From: Minisyncoccota bacterium
Lineage (GTDB): Bacteria; Patescibacteriota; Minisyncoccia; Moranbacterales; UBA1568
Direction of reading: 5' to 3'
DNA length: 64,000 nucleotides
Assembly (NCBI GenBank): GCA_051306005.1
Contig: JBPPMJ010000003.1
Coordinates: forward strand, 33,764-97,763
Shown: one piece after another, positions 1 through 11,715 of the stretch
How the letters are laid out: each line of letters opens with the position of its first letter
Numbering within the stretch: the first letter of the stretch is position 1
Notes under the pieces: model-generated
Databases searched by the model: none
Seen by the model: only the letters and a program-made list of their open reading frames with translations
What the model was told of the DNA's origin: nothing
Made by a program: the position numbers and the translations under genes

Positions 1-2
1 CG

Positions 3-392
3 GATTATTTATCTGTTTTGTCACAAGCGGTAAGTGTGCGAAATATTTTGCCAGTAACGTGGGAGGATACCGCGAGTGCCAGAGATGAGATGGGCGGTGA
101 GGACGCCTCAATTCATCCTCAGATGGGGACAGCTGAATATATCATTGAGCCATCTCCGCATGCCGTGTTGTCTCGGATGGTGCCGTACTTGTTGGAAATG
201 CGACTCTATCATGCTATTTTGGAATCCAACGCTTCTCAAGAAGCATCGCGCATGATGGCGATGCGTAATGCGACTAATGCGACCAAGGATATGGTCTCAG
301 ATTTGACATTGACGTATAATCAAATACGACAAGCAAAAATCACCCAAGAAATAGCCGAGCTCTCCGCTGGTATGGCAGCGGTCACGCGTTGA
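3..392 (+). CDS. atpG: F0F1 ATP synthase gamma subunit, C-terminal part (5'-truncated by window)
   Basis: ESNASQEASRMMAMRNAT..YNQIRQAKITQEIAE motif; directly upstream of atpD; frame open to window edge. Confidence 0.97.
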   Translation, partial: DYLSVLSQAVSVRNILPVTWEDTASARDEMGGEDASIHPQMGTAEYIIEPSPHAVLSRMVPYLLEMRLYHAILESNASQEASRMMAMRNATNATKDMVSDLTLTYNQIRQAKITQEIAELSAGMAAVTR

Positions 393-450
393 TTTTCAAG
401 TTATCATTCGTTTTTCAATTATTTTATAAGTATTCGATATTTTTCTGTAA

Positions 451-1869
<1,419 letters not shown>

Positions 1870-1888
1870 TATTAACTATGCACGTTGT

Positions 1889-2332
1889 ATGTTGCAGTTA
1901 AAAATCGTTACGCCAGAGGGTATTGTAACGGAAGAGATGGTATATCAAGTTACTTTGCCCATTGAGGGTGGTGAGGTGACTGTTTTAGCGAAACATATGC
2001 CTTATATTGGCGCTCTCAAACCAGGCGAATTGTTGTTGCGCATGGATCCAAACGGTGATGAAAGAAGTTTGTTTGTTTCCGGTGGATTTGCGGAGTTTCA
2101 TGAAAATACCTTGGTTATTCTGGCAGATACCGCCGAACGAGTTGAAGAAATTGATAGGGAACATGCGGAAACAGCACGTCGCAATGCGGAAATATTGAAT
2201 CAGAGTGCGATGCAATTGGATGCGGAAGAATATGCTCGTACAGCGATTATTTTGGAGCGAGAATGGGCGCGCGTTAAAGTAGTCCGTAAACATCATAGTA
2301 AAAAACAGTTCCTCTACTCTTCGGATGAGTAA
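1889..2332 (+). CDS. atpC: F0F1 ATP synthase epsilon subunit
   Basis: LKIVTPE, H-x-P, VSGGF, ILADTAE; follows atpD; ATG at 1889 chosen as start. Confidence 0.95.
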   Translation: MLQLKIVTPEGIVTEEMVYQVTLPIEGGEVTVLAKHMPYIGALKPGELLLRMDPNGDERSLFVSGGFAEFHENTLVILADTAERVEEIDREHAETARRNAEILNQSAMQLDAEEYARTAIILEREWARVKVVRKHHSKKQFLYSSDE

Positions 2333-2411
2333 GATTTGGCAATTATCAGTGTGTGATGTACAATATCTATGTCAGATAAAACTTTATGTATTCAGTTAAG
2401 GATGACTTTTT

Positions 2412-2828
2412 ATGGATACTGCTTTGCCGGCTAAGTGGGTTGTGTGTATTGTGGATGATAATCAAGATATCAGAGATATTTATCGTCTTAAATTTCAGCG
2501 AGAAGGCTTTGAAGTTGTGACAGCAGTAAATGGTGCGGAAGGATTGGAGATTATCAAGCAAACACGGCCGAACATTGTGCTGTTGGATATGGAAATGCCT
2601 ATACTGAATGGGATTGGATTGTTGAAGATTTTACGCCAGGACACAGAGCTTCGAAAGATTCCTGTGGTTATACTGAGTAATGTCGATCATGATGATATGT
2701 TTCAGGAAGTGAGTGAACTTGGGGGTGCTACGTACTATCTCGTAAAATCTATCACGACGCCACAGAAAGTAGTGGATATTACAGCCAAGGCATTGGCAGA
2801 GAGCAAAGATTCAACCAGTGAACAATAA
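2412..2828 (+). CDS. Single-domain response regulator (receiver only)
   Basis: IVDD, LLDMEMP phospho-acceptor Asp, ILS, YLVK. Confidence 0.92.
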   Translation: MDTALPAKWVVCIVDDNQDIRDIYRLKFQREGFEVVTAVNGAEGLEIIKQTRPNIVLLDMEMPILNGIGLLKILRQDTELRKIPVVILSNVDHDDMFQEVSELGGATYYLVKSITTPQKVVDITAKALAESKDSTSEQ

Positions 2829-2924
2829 AGATCTTCTTGATAAACCTTGCTCAGGCTTGTTTTTTACTTGAACAAAAGCTTGAAATACGATACAGTAAGG
2901 AGGTAATGTCATAGAAAGGTCTGT

Positions 2925-5342
2925 ATGAATCGCGTGTACCGCCCGAAATCATTGGAAACGAAGTGGCAGAAAACTTGGGAACGGCAAGGCACATATCGTC
3001 AGTACAAACGTTCTCGGCAGTGTTATGTACTGGATATGTTTCCCTATCCTTCTGGTGCTGGATTGCATGTAGGTCATCCGCGAGGCTTTGTGGCGTCCGA
3101 TGTGTATGCGCGTTTTAAGCAACTGCAAGGGTACGGAGTGTTGCATCCGATGGGATGGGACGCTTTTGGTTTACCAGCTGAACAGTATGCCATCAAGAAC
3201 AACGTGCATCCGGCCATCGCCGTCAAAAAAAATATTGCGACGTATAAAAAACAATTGCAACGCATCGGCTGCACGTATGACTGGGAACGAGAAATAAATA
3301 CGACTGATCCGGAATATTATCGTTGGACACAGTGGATTTTTTTACAGTTATGGAAAAAAGGATTGGCCTATCAGTCTTTCGAACCGATCCAGTGGTGCCC
3401 GACTTGTCAAACTGGTCTCGCTAATGAAGATGTGGATCAGGGACGATGTGAGCGTTGTGAGAGCGTGGTAGAACAACGTCCGATGCGTCAGTGGATGTTA
3501 AAGATTACCGCTTATGCCGACAAAATGCTTCGTGATTTGCAGAATTTGGAATGGCCAGAAGGCGTCAAAGAAGCGCAGAGAAATTGGATTGGCCGTTCAG
3601 AGGGAACGGAAATAGTGTTTTGTATTGCAGATACCGAAGAGGAAATACGGGTATTTACGACGCGAGTGGATACGATTTTTGGTTGTACCTACCTTGTTTT
3701 GGCTCCAGAACATCCGCTTATCCATACGCTTGAAAAGAAAATTACCAATCTTTCTCAGGTTAAGAAATATAGAGAGGAAACAGCTGGCAAGTCTGATATA
3801 GAGCGAACAGGACTCACTAAAGAAAAAACAGGCGTACTACTTGAAGGTATCGAAGCAGTCCATCCGTTTACTGGAAAACGGTTACCAGTGTTTGTAGCTG
3901 ATTATGTTTTGAAATCTTATGGTACTGGGGCCGTAATGGCGGTACCCGCGCATGATAAACGGGATTTTGTGTTTGCTAAAAAATATCAGTTAGAAATCCT
4001 GACCAGCGTTATTGACGCAGAAGCCCATCTTGTAGAAGAAAAAACAGGGCCTTTCACGGATGACGGTATCCTGGTAGACTCTGGGAACTTTTCCGGACTC
4101 ACGTCTGTGGTTGCTCGTACCAAAATAACAACTTGGTTGCAAAAAGAAAAAATGGGTAAGAAACGTGTGAATTACAAACTGCGTGACTGGGTTTTCTCTC
4201 GCCAACGGTATTGGGGAGAGCCTATACCCCTCGTTCATTGTACAGTGTGTGGCGTGGTGCCGGTTCCGGAGAATGCTTTGCCAGTACGGTTACCATCAGT
4301 AAAATCATATCAGCCAACTGGTACGGGTGAGTCACCACTGGCAGATATTCTCTCGTGGGTCAATGTGCGCTGTCCAAAATGTACTGGTCCTGCCAAGAGA
4401 GAAACAAATACGATGCCCCAATGGGCTGGATCTTCCTGGTATTATCTGCGTTTTATCGATCCATCCAATACACGGGTTCTGGTGAGTACAAAAAAAGAAA
4501 AAATGATGATGCCTGTGGATGTGTATGTGGGTGGTGACCACGCGACACGTCATTTAATTTATGCGCGTTTTTGGCACAAGTTTCTCTATGATCAAGGTAT
4601 TGTGAGTACGCGAGAACCATTTAAACGTTTGGAATTTTTGGGACTCATCTTGGCCACTGATGGACGAAAAATGTCCAAGCGTTGGGGAAACGTGGTGAAT
4701 CCAGATGATATCATAGCTGAATTTGGAGCAGATGCTTTTCGAGTCTATGAAATGTTTATGGGTCCTTTTACACAGTCAATTGCCTGGAATACGGATGGAG
4801 TGGTTGGGGCACGGCGTTTTCTGGAAAAAGTATGGCGTCTGGGACAGAAGATGGAATATCGACGGACAGGGAAAACAGATGCTTCATTGACTGTATTATT
4901 GCACCAGACCATCAAAAAGGTGACTGAGGATATCGAAGGCTTCAAGTTTAACACCGCACTGAGTGCGCTTATGATTCTTGTCAATGCTTTGGAGAAACAT
5001 TCCATACCTCTCTCTCAGTACAAAACGTTGCTTGTGTTGCTTGCACCGTTTGCTCCGCACATAGCAGAAGAACTGTGGATGCAAGCAGGGCATAAAAAAT
5101 CTCTTTTTCTGTCTGTGTGGCCTAAGTGGGATAAGACAAAGATTGTGGCTAAAACTGTCAACATCGTCATACAAGTAAATGGAAAGGTGCGGATGGTGTT
5201 GCCTATCAGTGTGGGTGCATCGGAAGAGCAAGTAAAGACACGGGCTCTGCAGGATGAGAAAATACAAATACATCTTGTAGACAAAACTATGCGGAAAATA
5301 ATATTTGTTCCCGACAAGATTTTGAATATCGTGGTGAGTTGA
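2925..5342 (+). CDS. leuS: Leucine--tRNA ligase
   Basis: MFPYPSGAGLHVGH, CP1 editing domain (FTTR..GTGAVMAVPAHD), KMSKR. Confidence 0.98.
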   Translation: MNRVYRPKSLETKWQKTWERQGTYRQYKRSRQCYVLDMFPYPSGAGLHVGHPRGFVASDVYARFKQLQGYGVLHPMGWDAFGLPAEQYAIKNNVHPAIAVKKNIATYKKQLQRIGCTYDWEREINTTDPEYYRWTQWIFLQLWKKGLAYQSFEPIQWCPTCQTGLANEDVDQGRCERCESVVEQRPMRQWMLKITAYADKMLRDLQNLEWPEGVKEAQRNWIGRSEGTEIVFCIADTEEEIRVFTTRVDTIFGCTYLVLAPEHPLIHTLEKKITNLSQVKKYREETAGKSDIERTGLTKEKTGVLLEGIEAVHPFTGKRLPVFVADYVLKSYGTGAVMAVPAHDKRDFVFAKKYQLEILTSVIDAEAHLVEEKTGPFTDDGILVDSGNFSGLTSVVARTKITTWLQKEKMGKKRVNYKLRDWVFSRQRYWGEPIPLVHCTVCGVVPVPENALPVRLPSVKSYQPTGTGESPLADILSWVNVRCPKCTGPAKRETNTMPQWAGSSWYYLRFIDPSNTRVLVSTKKEKMMMPVDVYVGGDHATRHLIYARFWHKFLYDQGIVSTREPFKRLEFLGLILATDGRKMSKRWGNVVNPDDIIAEFGADAFRVYEMFMGPFTQSIAWNTDGVVGARRFLEKVWRLGQKMEYRRTGKTDASLTVLLHQTIKKVTEDIEGFKFNTALSALMILVNALEKHSIPLSQYKTLLVLLAPFAPHIAEELWMQAGHKKSLFLSVWPKWDKTKIVAKTVNIVIQVNGKVRMVLPISVGASEEQVKTRALQDEKIQIHLVDKTMRKIIFVPDKILNIVVS

Positions 5343-5383
5343 GATAAATATACCGGAGAAAAAAATATTGATATTATTTTCTT

Positions 5384-6067
5384 ATGCAAGCGGTGATCCT
5401 GGCAGCTGGACGCGGTACTCGGATGAAAACATTGACCGAACACACACCTAAGCCGATGATTCTTCTTCATGGTAAGCCGATTTTGGAATGGAAATTGTCC
5501 ATGTTGCCTGTAGAAATTGATGAAGTGATTGTGGTGATCGGATACTTAGGTGAGCAAATTAGCACTTATTTCGGAAATGAATGGCAGGGCCGGCGGATGC
5601 GTTATGTTTCTCAGGTTCCATTGGATGGTACGGGCAAGGCGATGATGCTCATACGGAGCATGATTCGGAATGTTTGTGTGGTGATGATGGGAGATGATCT
5701 GTATCACCGAGATGATATTGCGTGCTTAACCAAACAATCCATCGCGGTGTTGGGGTTTGCCGTGACTGATGCTCAGCAATATGGACTTTTGGAAACTGAT
5801 ACTACCGGTCATTTGATGCGTATTACCGAACGTCCGCATGGACGAACCGCTGGTCTCGTGAATACTGGCGCCTATCTTTTGAATGAATATTTTTTCTCAT
5901 ATCCATTGGTCAAGATTTCTGAAACTGAGTATGGCTTGCCTCAGACATTGGCATTGTTAGCCCAGGATATACCTGTGACCGTGTTGCGTGCGCGAGCATG
6001 GCAACCGGTCGGGACACCGGAAGATATCGTCTCAGGTGAGGCATTTTTGATTCAGTATGTACTATGA
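5384..6067 (+). CDS. Sugar-phosphate nucleotidyltransferase (GlmU N-terminal-like domain only)
   Basis: AVILAAGRGTRM..PKPM motif; 227 aa, no hexapeptide-repeat domain. Confidence 0.88.
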   Translation: MQAVILAAGRGTRMKTLTEHTPKPMILLHGKPILEWKLSMLPVEIDEVIVVIGYLGEQISTYFGNEWQGRRMRYVSQVPLDGTGKAMMLIRSMIRNVCVVMMGDDLYHRDDIACLTKQSIAVLGFAVTDAQQYGLLETDTTGHLMRITERPHGRTAGLVNTGAYLLNEYFFSYPLVKISETEYGLPQTLALLAQDIPVTVLRARAWQPVGTPEDIVSGEAFLIQYVL

Positions 6068-6702
6068 ATATTTTTTTAGATTTTGATGATTGTCTTTTTG
6101 ATACGCACGCCTTTTATCAAGGTTTGCAAGCTCTTTTTTCAGAACATGGCATTCCAAGAAATATCTTTACAGAAACATATCAATCAATGAAACAAAATAA
6201 CACCGCGCAGGGATGGGCGTATTCTTGCGAGAAACATATGATGCTTCTGCAAGAACAGTTTGTGATTGAGGATGGCTTACAACCGGCATTGAATCAGTAT
6301 CTCAGTAATACGAGCGCATTTTTGTTTCCAGATGTGAAAAAGTTTCTCAGGATACTGCAACGACAACATGCACGAATCATTATCATATCCTTTGGTGACT
6401 CAGACTTCCAGTATCGGAAAATTTTAGGCACTGGCATTGGGTTATATACACAGAAAATTATCGTTACCGAAGGAAGTAAGGCGGAGGCCATTTGTGCAAC
6501 CAGCATTTCGCAAGGAGAGGAGACGTGGTTTGTAGATGATCGTGTGTCTTTTGTTGAGGATGTCAAGCAGGCATTGCCGATGATAAAAACAATATTGATA
6601 CAGCGTACCTCGGGGCGACATACGGATATAAAGAGTACTTATGGCACTGTTGTCGTGCGGGATTGCCATGAAATACTCCAGATTTTTGGGTATAATAAAT
6701 GA
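6064..6702 (+). CDS. HAD-superfamily hydrolase
   Basis: FLDFDDCL motif I, conserved K, FVDDR motif IV; ATGA overlap with upstream gene. Confidence 0.85.
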   Translation: MNIFLDFDDCLFDTHAFYQGLQALFSEHGIPRNIFTETYQSMKQNNTAQGWAYSCEKHMMLLQEQFVIEDGLQPALNQYLSNTSAFLFPDVKKFLRILQRQHARIIIISFGDSDFQYRKILGTGIGLYTQKIIVTEGSKAEAICATSISQGEETWFVDDRVSFVEDVKQALPMIKTILIQRTSGRHTDIKSTYGTVVVRDCHEILQIFGYNK

Positions 6703-6740
6703 AGTGTTTTACAGGTGTAAATTATTAAATGAATACATAT

Positions 6741-8597
6741 ATGTGTGGTATTGTAGGATATTCTGGCAATAAACCAGCTTCAGATTTTTTATTGGAAGGG
6801 CTGCGGCGTTTGGAATATCGCGGATATGACAGTGCTGGAATGGCTATCATGCAATCTGGAAATGGATTGACGCGTGCTCAAAAATCTCCTCATATCGCCA
6901 TTATCAAAGCGGTAGGAAAAGTGGCGGAACTGGAAAAAAAAATGAGTCGCAAAATAGACGGCATGATAGGTATCGCGCATACGCGCTGGGCGACACATGG
7001 TAAACCATCAGAAAAAAACGCGCATCCACATACGGATTGTACCGGTAATATTGCCATCGTCCACAATGGTATTATAGAAAATTATCGTGAACTGAGAGCA
7101 GTATTGGAAAAACAAGGGCATCATTTTCGTTCAGAAACGGATACGGAAGTTATTGCACACCTCATAGAAGAGGCTATGAAAACCTTGTCCTTTGAGGATG
7201 CATTTGGAAAAATGCTCAAACAATTACGTGGCGCATACGGTATCGTCGCTCTCTCGGCACAGGAACCGAATATGCTCTTGGTGGCACGTCTCTCCAGTCC
7301 GTTGGTCATTGGGATCGGGCATCAGGAATTATGTATCGCCTCCGACACTTCAGCGATGGCTGGTAGAGTCAAACGCATTGTATATTTGGACGATCGAGAA
7401 ATCGCTGTAATCAAAGATGGCCATTACATCATCAAATCTTTTGCCAATGTTCCGCGAATCAAAAAAGAAACAGCTTTTGATCAAAATAAGACGGTAGTGG
7501 AACACAGCGGGTACCCGCATTTTATGCTGAAAGAGATTTTTGAACAGCCTCAGAGCTTTGCAGATGCTCTGCGCGGACGTTTGTTGGTAAAAGAGGGGGA
7601 GGCACATCTCGGTGGTTTACGGAATGTTGAGAAGCGTTTGCGAACTATCAAGAAAATCATTATTGTTTCTTGTGGGACATCATACCACTCCGCTCTTGTT
7701 GGAGAATATATGTTAGAAGAGTATGCACATATTCCGACGGAAGTTGAAATGGCATCAGAATTTCGTTATCGTAAACCGTTATTGGATAAGCACACGGCTG
7801 TTATTGCCATTTCGCAATCTGGTGAAACAGCGGATACACTGGCAGCGATTCGAGAGGCCAAGGCGCAGGGTGTATTGACACTTGGTATTGTTAATGTTGT
7901 TGACTCTACCATTGCTCGTGAAACTGACGCTGGCGTCTATTGCCACGCTGGACCTGAAATTTCTGTCGCTTCTACCAAAGCGTTTACGTCACAGTTAGCT
8001 ATTTTAACTTTGTTGACGCTTTATCTTGGACGAAAACGAGACATGTCTCTGGAGACCGGCAAACGTATCGCGCGAGCATTGCAACGAATTCCTCACTCCA
8101 TGGCAGAGATACTCAAACACTCGAAAGCAATGGAAAAAATTGCCAAAAAATATGCTCATGAAACTCAATACATGTATCTTGGACGGAAATATAATTTCCC
8201 TAATGCATTGGAAGGGGCGCTTAAGATTAAAGAAATCGCGTATGTTCCCGCGCAGGGCTACCCAACTGGTGAAATGAAACATGGACCCATCGCTCTTATT
8301 GATCCACAATCTGTTACTATCATCGTGATGCCCAAAGATAGTGTCCATGAGAAAAATATGAGTGGCGTGGAAGAAATCTTGGCGCGTGGTGGGAGAGTTA
8401 TTGCTGTTGCCACTAAAAATGACACCGCCATTGCCCACAAGGCAACGGATAGTATTTGGACTCCCAAGACCATTGAGATGCTGACACCATTGTTGACTGT
8501 CATACCTTTACAATTGTTTGCCTATTTTGTCGCTGTGGAACGTGGTTACGATATCGATAAGCCACGCAATTTAGCAAAGTCAGTTACCGTGGAATAG
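6741..8597 (+). CDS. glmS: Glutamine--fructose-6-phosphate aminotransferase
   Basis: MCGIVG N-terminus, HTRWATHG, SQSGET, PRNLAKSVTVE C-terminus. Confidence 0.99.
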   Translation: MCGIVGYSGNKPASDFLLEGLRRLEYRGYDSAGMAIMQSGNGLTRAQKSPHIAIIKAVGKVAELEKKMSRKIDGMIGIAHTRWATHGKPSEKNAHPHTDCTGNIAIVHNGIIENYRELRAVLEKQGHHFRSETDTEVIAHLIEEAMKTLSFEDAFGKMLKQLRGAYGIVALSAQEPNMLLVARLSSPLVIGIGHQELCIASDTSAMAGRVKRIVYLDDREIAVIKDGHYIIKSFANVPRIKKETAFDQNKTVVEHSGYPHFMLKEIFEQPQSFADALRGRLLVKEGEAHLGGLRNVEKRLRTIKKIIIVSCGTSYHSALVGEYMLEEYAHIPTEVEMASEFRYRKPLLDKHTAVIAISQSGETADTLAAIREAKAQGVLTLGIVNVVDSTIARETDAGVYCHAGPEISVASTKAFTSQLAILTLLTLYLGRKRDMSLETGKRIARALQRIPHSMAEILKHSKAMEKIAKKYAHETQYMYLGRKYNFPNALEGALKIKEIAYVPAQGYPTGEMKHGPIALIDPQSVTIIVMPKDSVHEKNMSGVEEILARGGRVIAVATKNDTAIAHKATDSIWTPKTIEMLTPLLTVIPLQLFAYFVAVERGYDIDKPRNLAKSVTVE

Positions 8598-8627
8598 TGA
8601 CAAAAGGGAGTAAGTTCTATACAATAT

Positions 8628-9326
8628 ATGAGTAATTCTTTGGAAATGAAGAATATGTATACTACGATCGTGGAGTATCTACCTTTGGAACGACCATTGA
8701 TCATTTTTGATTTGGAGACAACTGGTTTAACAATCGGAGAAGACAAGATTATTGAAATAGCATATGAAAAAATTTTGCCCTCCGGTGAAGTAATCGCATA
8801 TTGTCAGCGGGTGAATCCTGGCAAACCCATTCCAGAGGTTTCGAGTAGTATCAATGGCATTCATGATGCTGATGTGGCGGATGCACCGAGTTTCGTGACA
8901 CTGTGTTATGAGTTATGGAGTGCGTTTGAAGATGCGGATGTGGGTGGATTTAATGTTATTGGTTTTGATTTACCTTTTTTGCGCGGAGAGTTTGCTAGCG
9001 TGGGTAAAGGTTTTGATTTTAGCGCCAAAAGAATACTGGATGCCAAGATTCTATATCATAAAATGGAAGCGCGCGATATGTTTGCTCCGCGCAATCTGTC
9101 TGCTGCGTACAAATTGTATTGCGGAAAGGATCACATACAGGCGCATACGGGTGCCGGTGATGTGCGCGCAACGGTGGAAATTTTGGAAAAGCAGTTAGAA
9201 CGTTACCCTGAGTTTCGCAGTTGGGAATATATTGCCGAGCTTCATGGGAACAAAAAGTTATTAGAATCAGCCAAAATAGAGCATGCCCCATTAGTGGAGC
9301 AGAAACCGGCAGCGACACTTTTTTAA
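8628..9326 (+). CDS. DEDDh 3'-5' exonuclease (DnaQ-like)
   Basis: FDLETTG, FN..FDLPFL, AHTGAGD; true start may be the ATG at 8655. Confidence 0.9.
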   Translation: MSNSLEMKNMYTTIVEYLPLERPLIIFDLETTGLTIGEDKIIEIAYEKILPSGEVIAYCQRVNPGKPIPEVSSSINGIHDADVADAPSFVTLCYELWSAFEDADVGGFNVIGFDLPFLRGEFASVGKGFDFSAKRILDAKILYHKMEARDMFAPRNLSAAYKLYCGKDHIQAHTGAGDVRATVEILEKQLERYPEFRSWEYIAELHGNKKLLESAKIEHAPLVEQKPAATLF

Positions 9327-9335
9327 CACATTCTC

Positions 9336-10106
9336 ATGTCAATAATTGACGCTATTATTTTTGGTATCGTGGAAGGAATAACGGAGTTTTTGCCTATTTC
9401 TTCCACTGGACATTTGATTTTGGTTGCAAAGATACTTGGTTTGCCAGAAACGGATTTTTTGAAATCGTTTCAGATATCGATTCAATTGGGAGCGATTCTT
9501 TCGGTTGTTGTTTTGTATTTTCGTCAGCTGTTTCTGGAATGGGAAATTATGAAGCGCATCATGGTGGCACTGGTGCCAGCAATCGGTATCGGCGGAGTTT
9601 TTTATGCTTCCATTCGTCAGCTGTTTGCATCTGAGTTGACCGTCGTGTTGGCGCTTGGTATCGGCGGCATCATTATCATTTTGTTTGAAATATGGCACAA
9701 AGAGCGGGAACAAGACGCAGAAGACTTAGCGATACTTCCTTACCGTACTGTTTTTTTGATTGGCCTCTTTCAGGCTTTGGCGGTAGTGCCAGGTGTGTCA
9801 CGAGCAGCAGCAACGATTCTTGGCGGACGATTTTTGGGACTGAAACGTGTTGCTATTGTGGAATTTTCTTTTTTACTGGCGGTACCGACAATGGTGGCGG
9901 CGACGACTCTTGATTTGATGAAAAGCGTTGCTCTCTTTTCTACTGCCGACTTTTCTCTTTTAAGTGTTGGTTTTATAATGGCCTTCATCACTTCCATCAT
10001 CGCTATCAGGGGTCTCTTGCGTTTTGTTCAAACGCACACGTTCATAGGTTTCGGCATATACCGCATTATTATCGCATTGTTATTTTTTGTTTTGGTTCTT
10101 TCGTAA
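9336..10106 (+). CDS. uppP: Undecaprenyl-diphosphate phosphatase
   Basis: GIVEGITEFLPISSTGHL, PGVSRAAAT; polytopic membrane protein. Confidence 0.97.
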   Translation: MSIIDAIIFGIVEGITEFLPISSTGHLILVAKILGLPETDFLKSFQISIQLGAILSVVVLYFRQLFLEWEIMKRIMVALVPAIGIGGVFYASIRQLFASELTVVLALGIGGIIIILFEIWHKEREQDAEDLAILPYRTVFLIGLFQALAVVPGVSRAAATILGGRFLGLKRVAIVEFSFLLAVPTMVAATTLDLMKSVALFSTADFSLLSVGFIMAFITSIIAIRGLLRFVQTHTFIGFGIYRIIIALLFFVLVLS

Positions 10107-10141
10107 AGAGAGGTATTTTCATTCATGAATGACTTGAGCAT

Positions 10142-10996
10142 ATGGCATGGTTGTATGGTAAACCGGTAGCGGAACAGATTCTCTCTGTGACAGAAACAAA
10201 TATGGCGACCATGAGTGTTCGACCTGGCTTGGCGGTGCTTTTGATTGGAGAAGATATGGCTTCGCAGTTGTATGTCGGTCTCAAAGAAAAGGAAGCGATA
10301 GCCAGGGGAATACATTTTGAAAAATATTTATTTGACGCACACGTTTCCGAAGAGCAGATTATAAGCTGTATTGATATATTGAACAGTCGGTCGGATATTC
10401 ATGGGATTATAGTACAGTTACCTATGCCTGCGAGACTGAATACAGACACTATCATCGCACGGATAGATCCCCGCAAAGATGCGGACGGATTTCATCCGCA
10501 AACAGTGCAACGATTTTTGGCTGGTTCTGATGAGGATTGTCCCGTTTTTCCGTTGGCGATGATTGAATTATTGCGTTCTACTGGCAATATCGTATCAGGA
10601 ACACTTGGTTGTGTGTTGGTACAATCGGCATTTTTTGGACAAGTAATGGTTCGCGCACTAGCTTTGGATGGTGTGCGCGGAGAGTATATGCTGTACTCAT
10701 CTCTCTCTTCTGAACAACGAGAAAGAATTCGTCGTATGCCAGTAATAATGACCGCACTCGGTGTGCCTGGCGCACTCACCAGCGAAATGTTGGCAAATGA
10801 CGCCATCGTTATTGATGGTGGTATTAGTCGGCGTGATGGTATCGTCGTGGGTGATGTCGAGCGCGCTGATACTGCCGAAAAAGTACGTTTTTTGACACCT
10901 GTGCCTGGCGGAGTAGGACCAGTAACGATTGCTTGTCTCTTGCGTCACGTGACACAGTTGGCACAACGTCAATTGTCAGTCAAGAGTGGACTGTAA
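10142..10996 (+). CDS. folD: Methylene-THF dehydrogenase/cyclohydrolase (divergent)
   Basis: YVxxK, HGIIVQLP, KDADGF, TPVPGGVGPVT. Confidence 0.92.
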   Translation: MAWLYGKPVAEQILSVTETNMATMSVRPGLAVLLIGEDMASQLYVGLKEKEAIARGIHFEKYLFDAHVSEEQIISCIDILNSRSDIHGIIVQLPMPARLNTDTIIARIDPRKDADGFHPQTVQRFLAGSDEDCPVFPLAMIELLRSTGNIVSGTLGCVLVQSAFFGQVMVRALALDGVRGEYMLYSSLSSEQRERIRRMPVIMTALGVPGALTSEMLANDAIVIDGGISRRDGIVVGDVERADTAEKVRFLTPVPGGVGPVTIACLLRHVTQLAQRQLSVKSGL

Positions 10997-11445
10997 TGTA
11001 AAAATTGAAAATAAAAACAACTAATATGAATGCAATTCATGTCATACTCACTGAGATTATCATTATCAATACATTACAATGAGGGATATTCAACTCACTG
11101 AGCTCAAAACTGAGAGAGAATCCGAACGTGCTCAGATGAATGCGAAAATCAATAATGCAGAGCTTTCCGATACCGCCAGAGGAATAATATAAGAATTGAA
11201 TTTGTATTTCCTGTTCGCCCCGAATTTCTTCAAAACCAGTAGCGGGACTGATTCATTCGCCCAGTTTCCGTTTGAAAAATGTTCGTGCAAAATCGCTTCC
11301 TATTCTTCATTCCGGCACACCAGAGTGAAATCAAACAGAAATCAATCCTGTCGTTCTGCTTGTTTAGAACAGGTCAACACAAAAAAAGTTTCCGCGTACC
11401 AAAAGTCCTGCTCAGAATTCCGCCAAAACAGAAATGCAATGAGTG

Positions 11446-11660
11446 TTTTTTCTTTCGGGGTTCTGCCTGTAAAGATATTCGGGCAGTGCGTGAGGCTTCA
11501 ATGCGGTCGAGGCAAAGCAAAGCTATTTTTTTTGGATATGGATTTTGGCAAAACCGAGACTAATTTGTTTTTGCATTTTGTCCGCGCGGAGGAGGGGTCT
11601 GGGGAGGAATCCGTGCGGGCTTCTGGGATTTTTTTGGCGTTTCGCGCATATGCAAAATTT
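11446..11660 (+). repeat. Left arm of long inverted repeat
   Basis: 11582-11648 (67 nt) is the exact reverse complement of 13143-13209; 11453-11488 (36 nt) of 13290-13325; the intervening part aligns with mismatches and an indel. Confidence 0.97.
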
Positions 11661-11715
11661 CCACAATTCTCTTTTTTAGGGTATGATGATTTTATTAAAT
11701 AATTTCCAAATAAAT

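Noticed and set aside
4521-4560. LeuRS reads GGDHA rather than GGxEHA
   Set aside because: In-frame single-residue variant in an otherwise complete enzyme; no evidence of a functional consequence.
6703-6740. glmS ribozyme
   Set aside because: The spacer is only ~38 nt, too short for the ribozyme core.
11110-11322. Possible att duplications of the tRNA-Leu 3' end (GAGAGAGA..GAAC near 11112; TCCGGCACACCA near 11311)
   Set aside because: Short and mismatched; the second is in the wrong orientation for a direct repeat.
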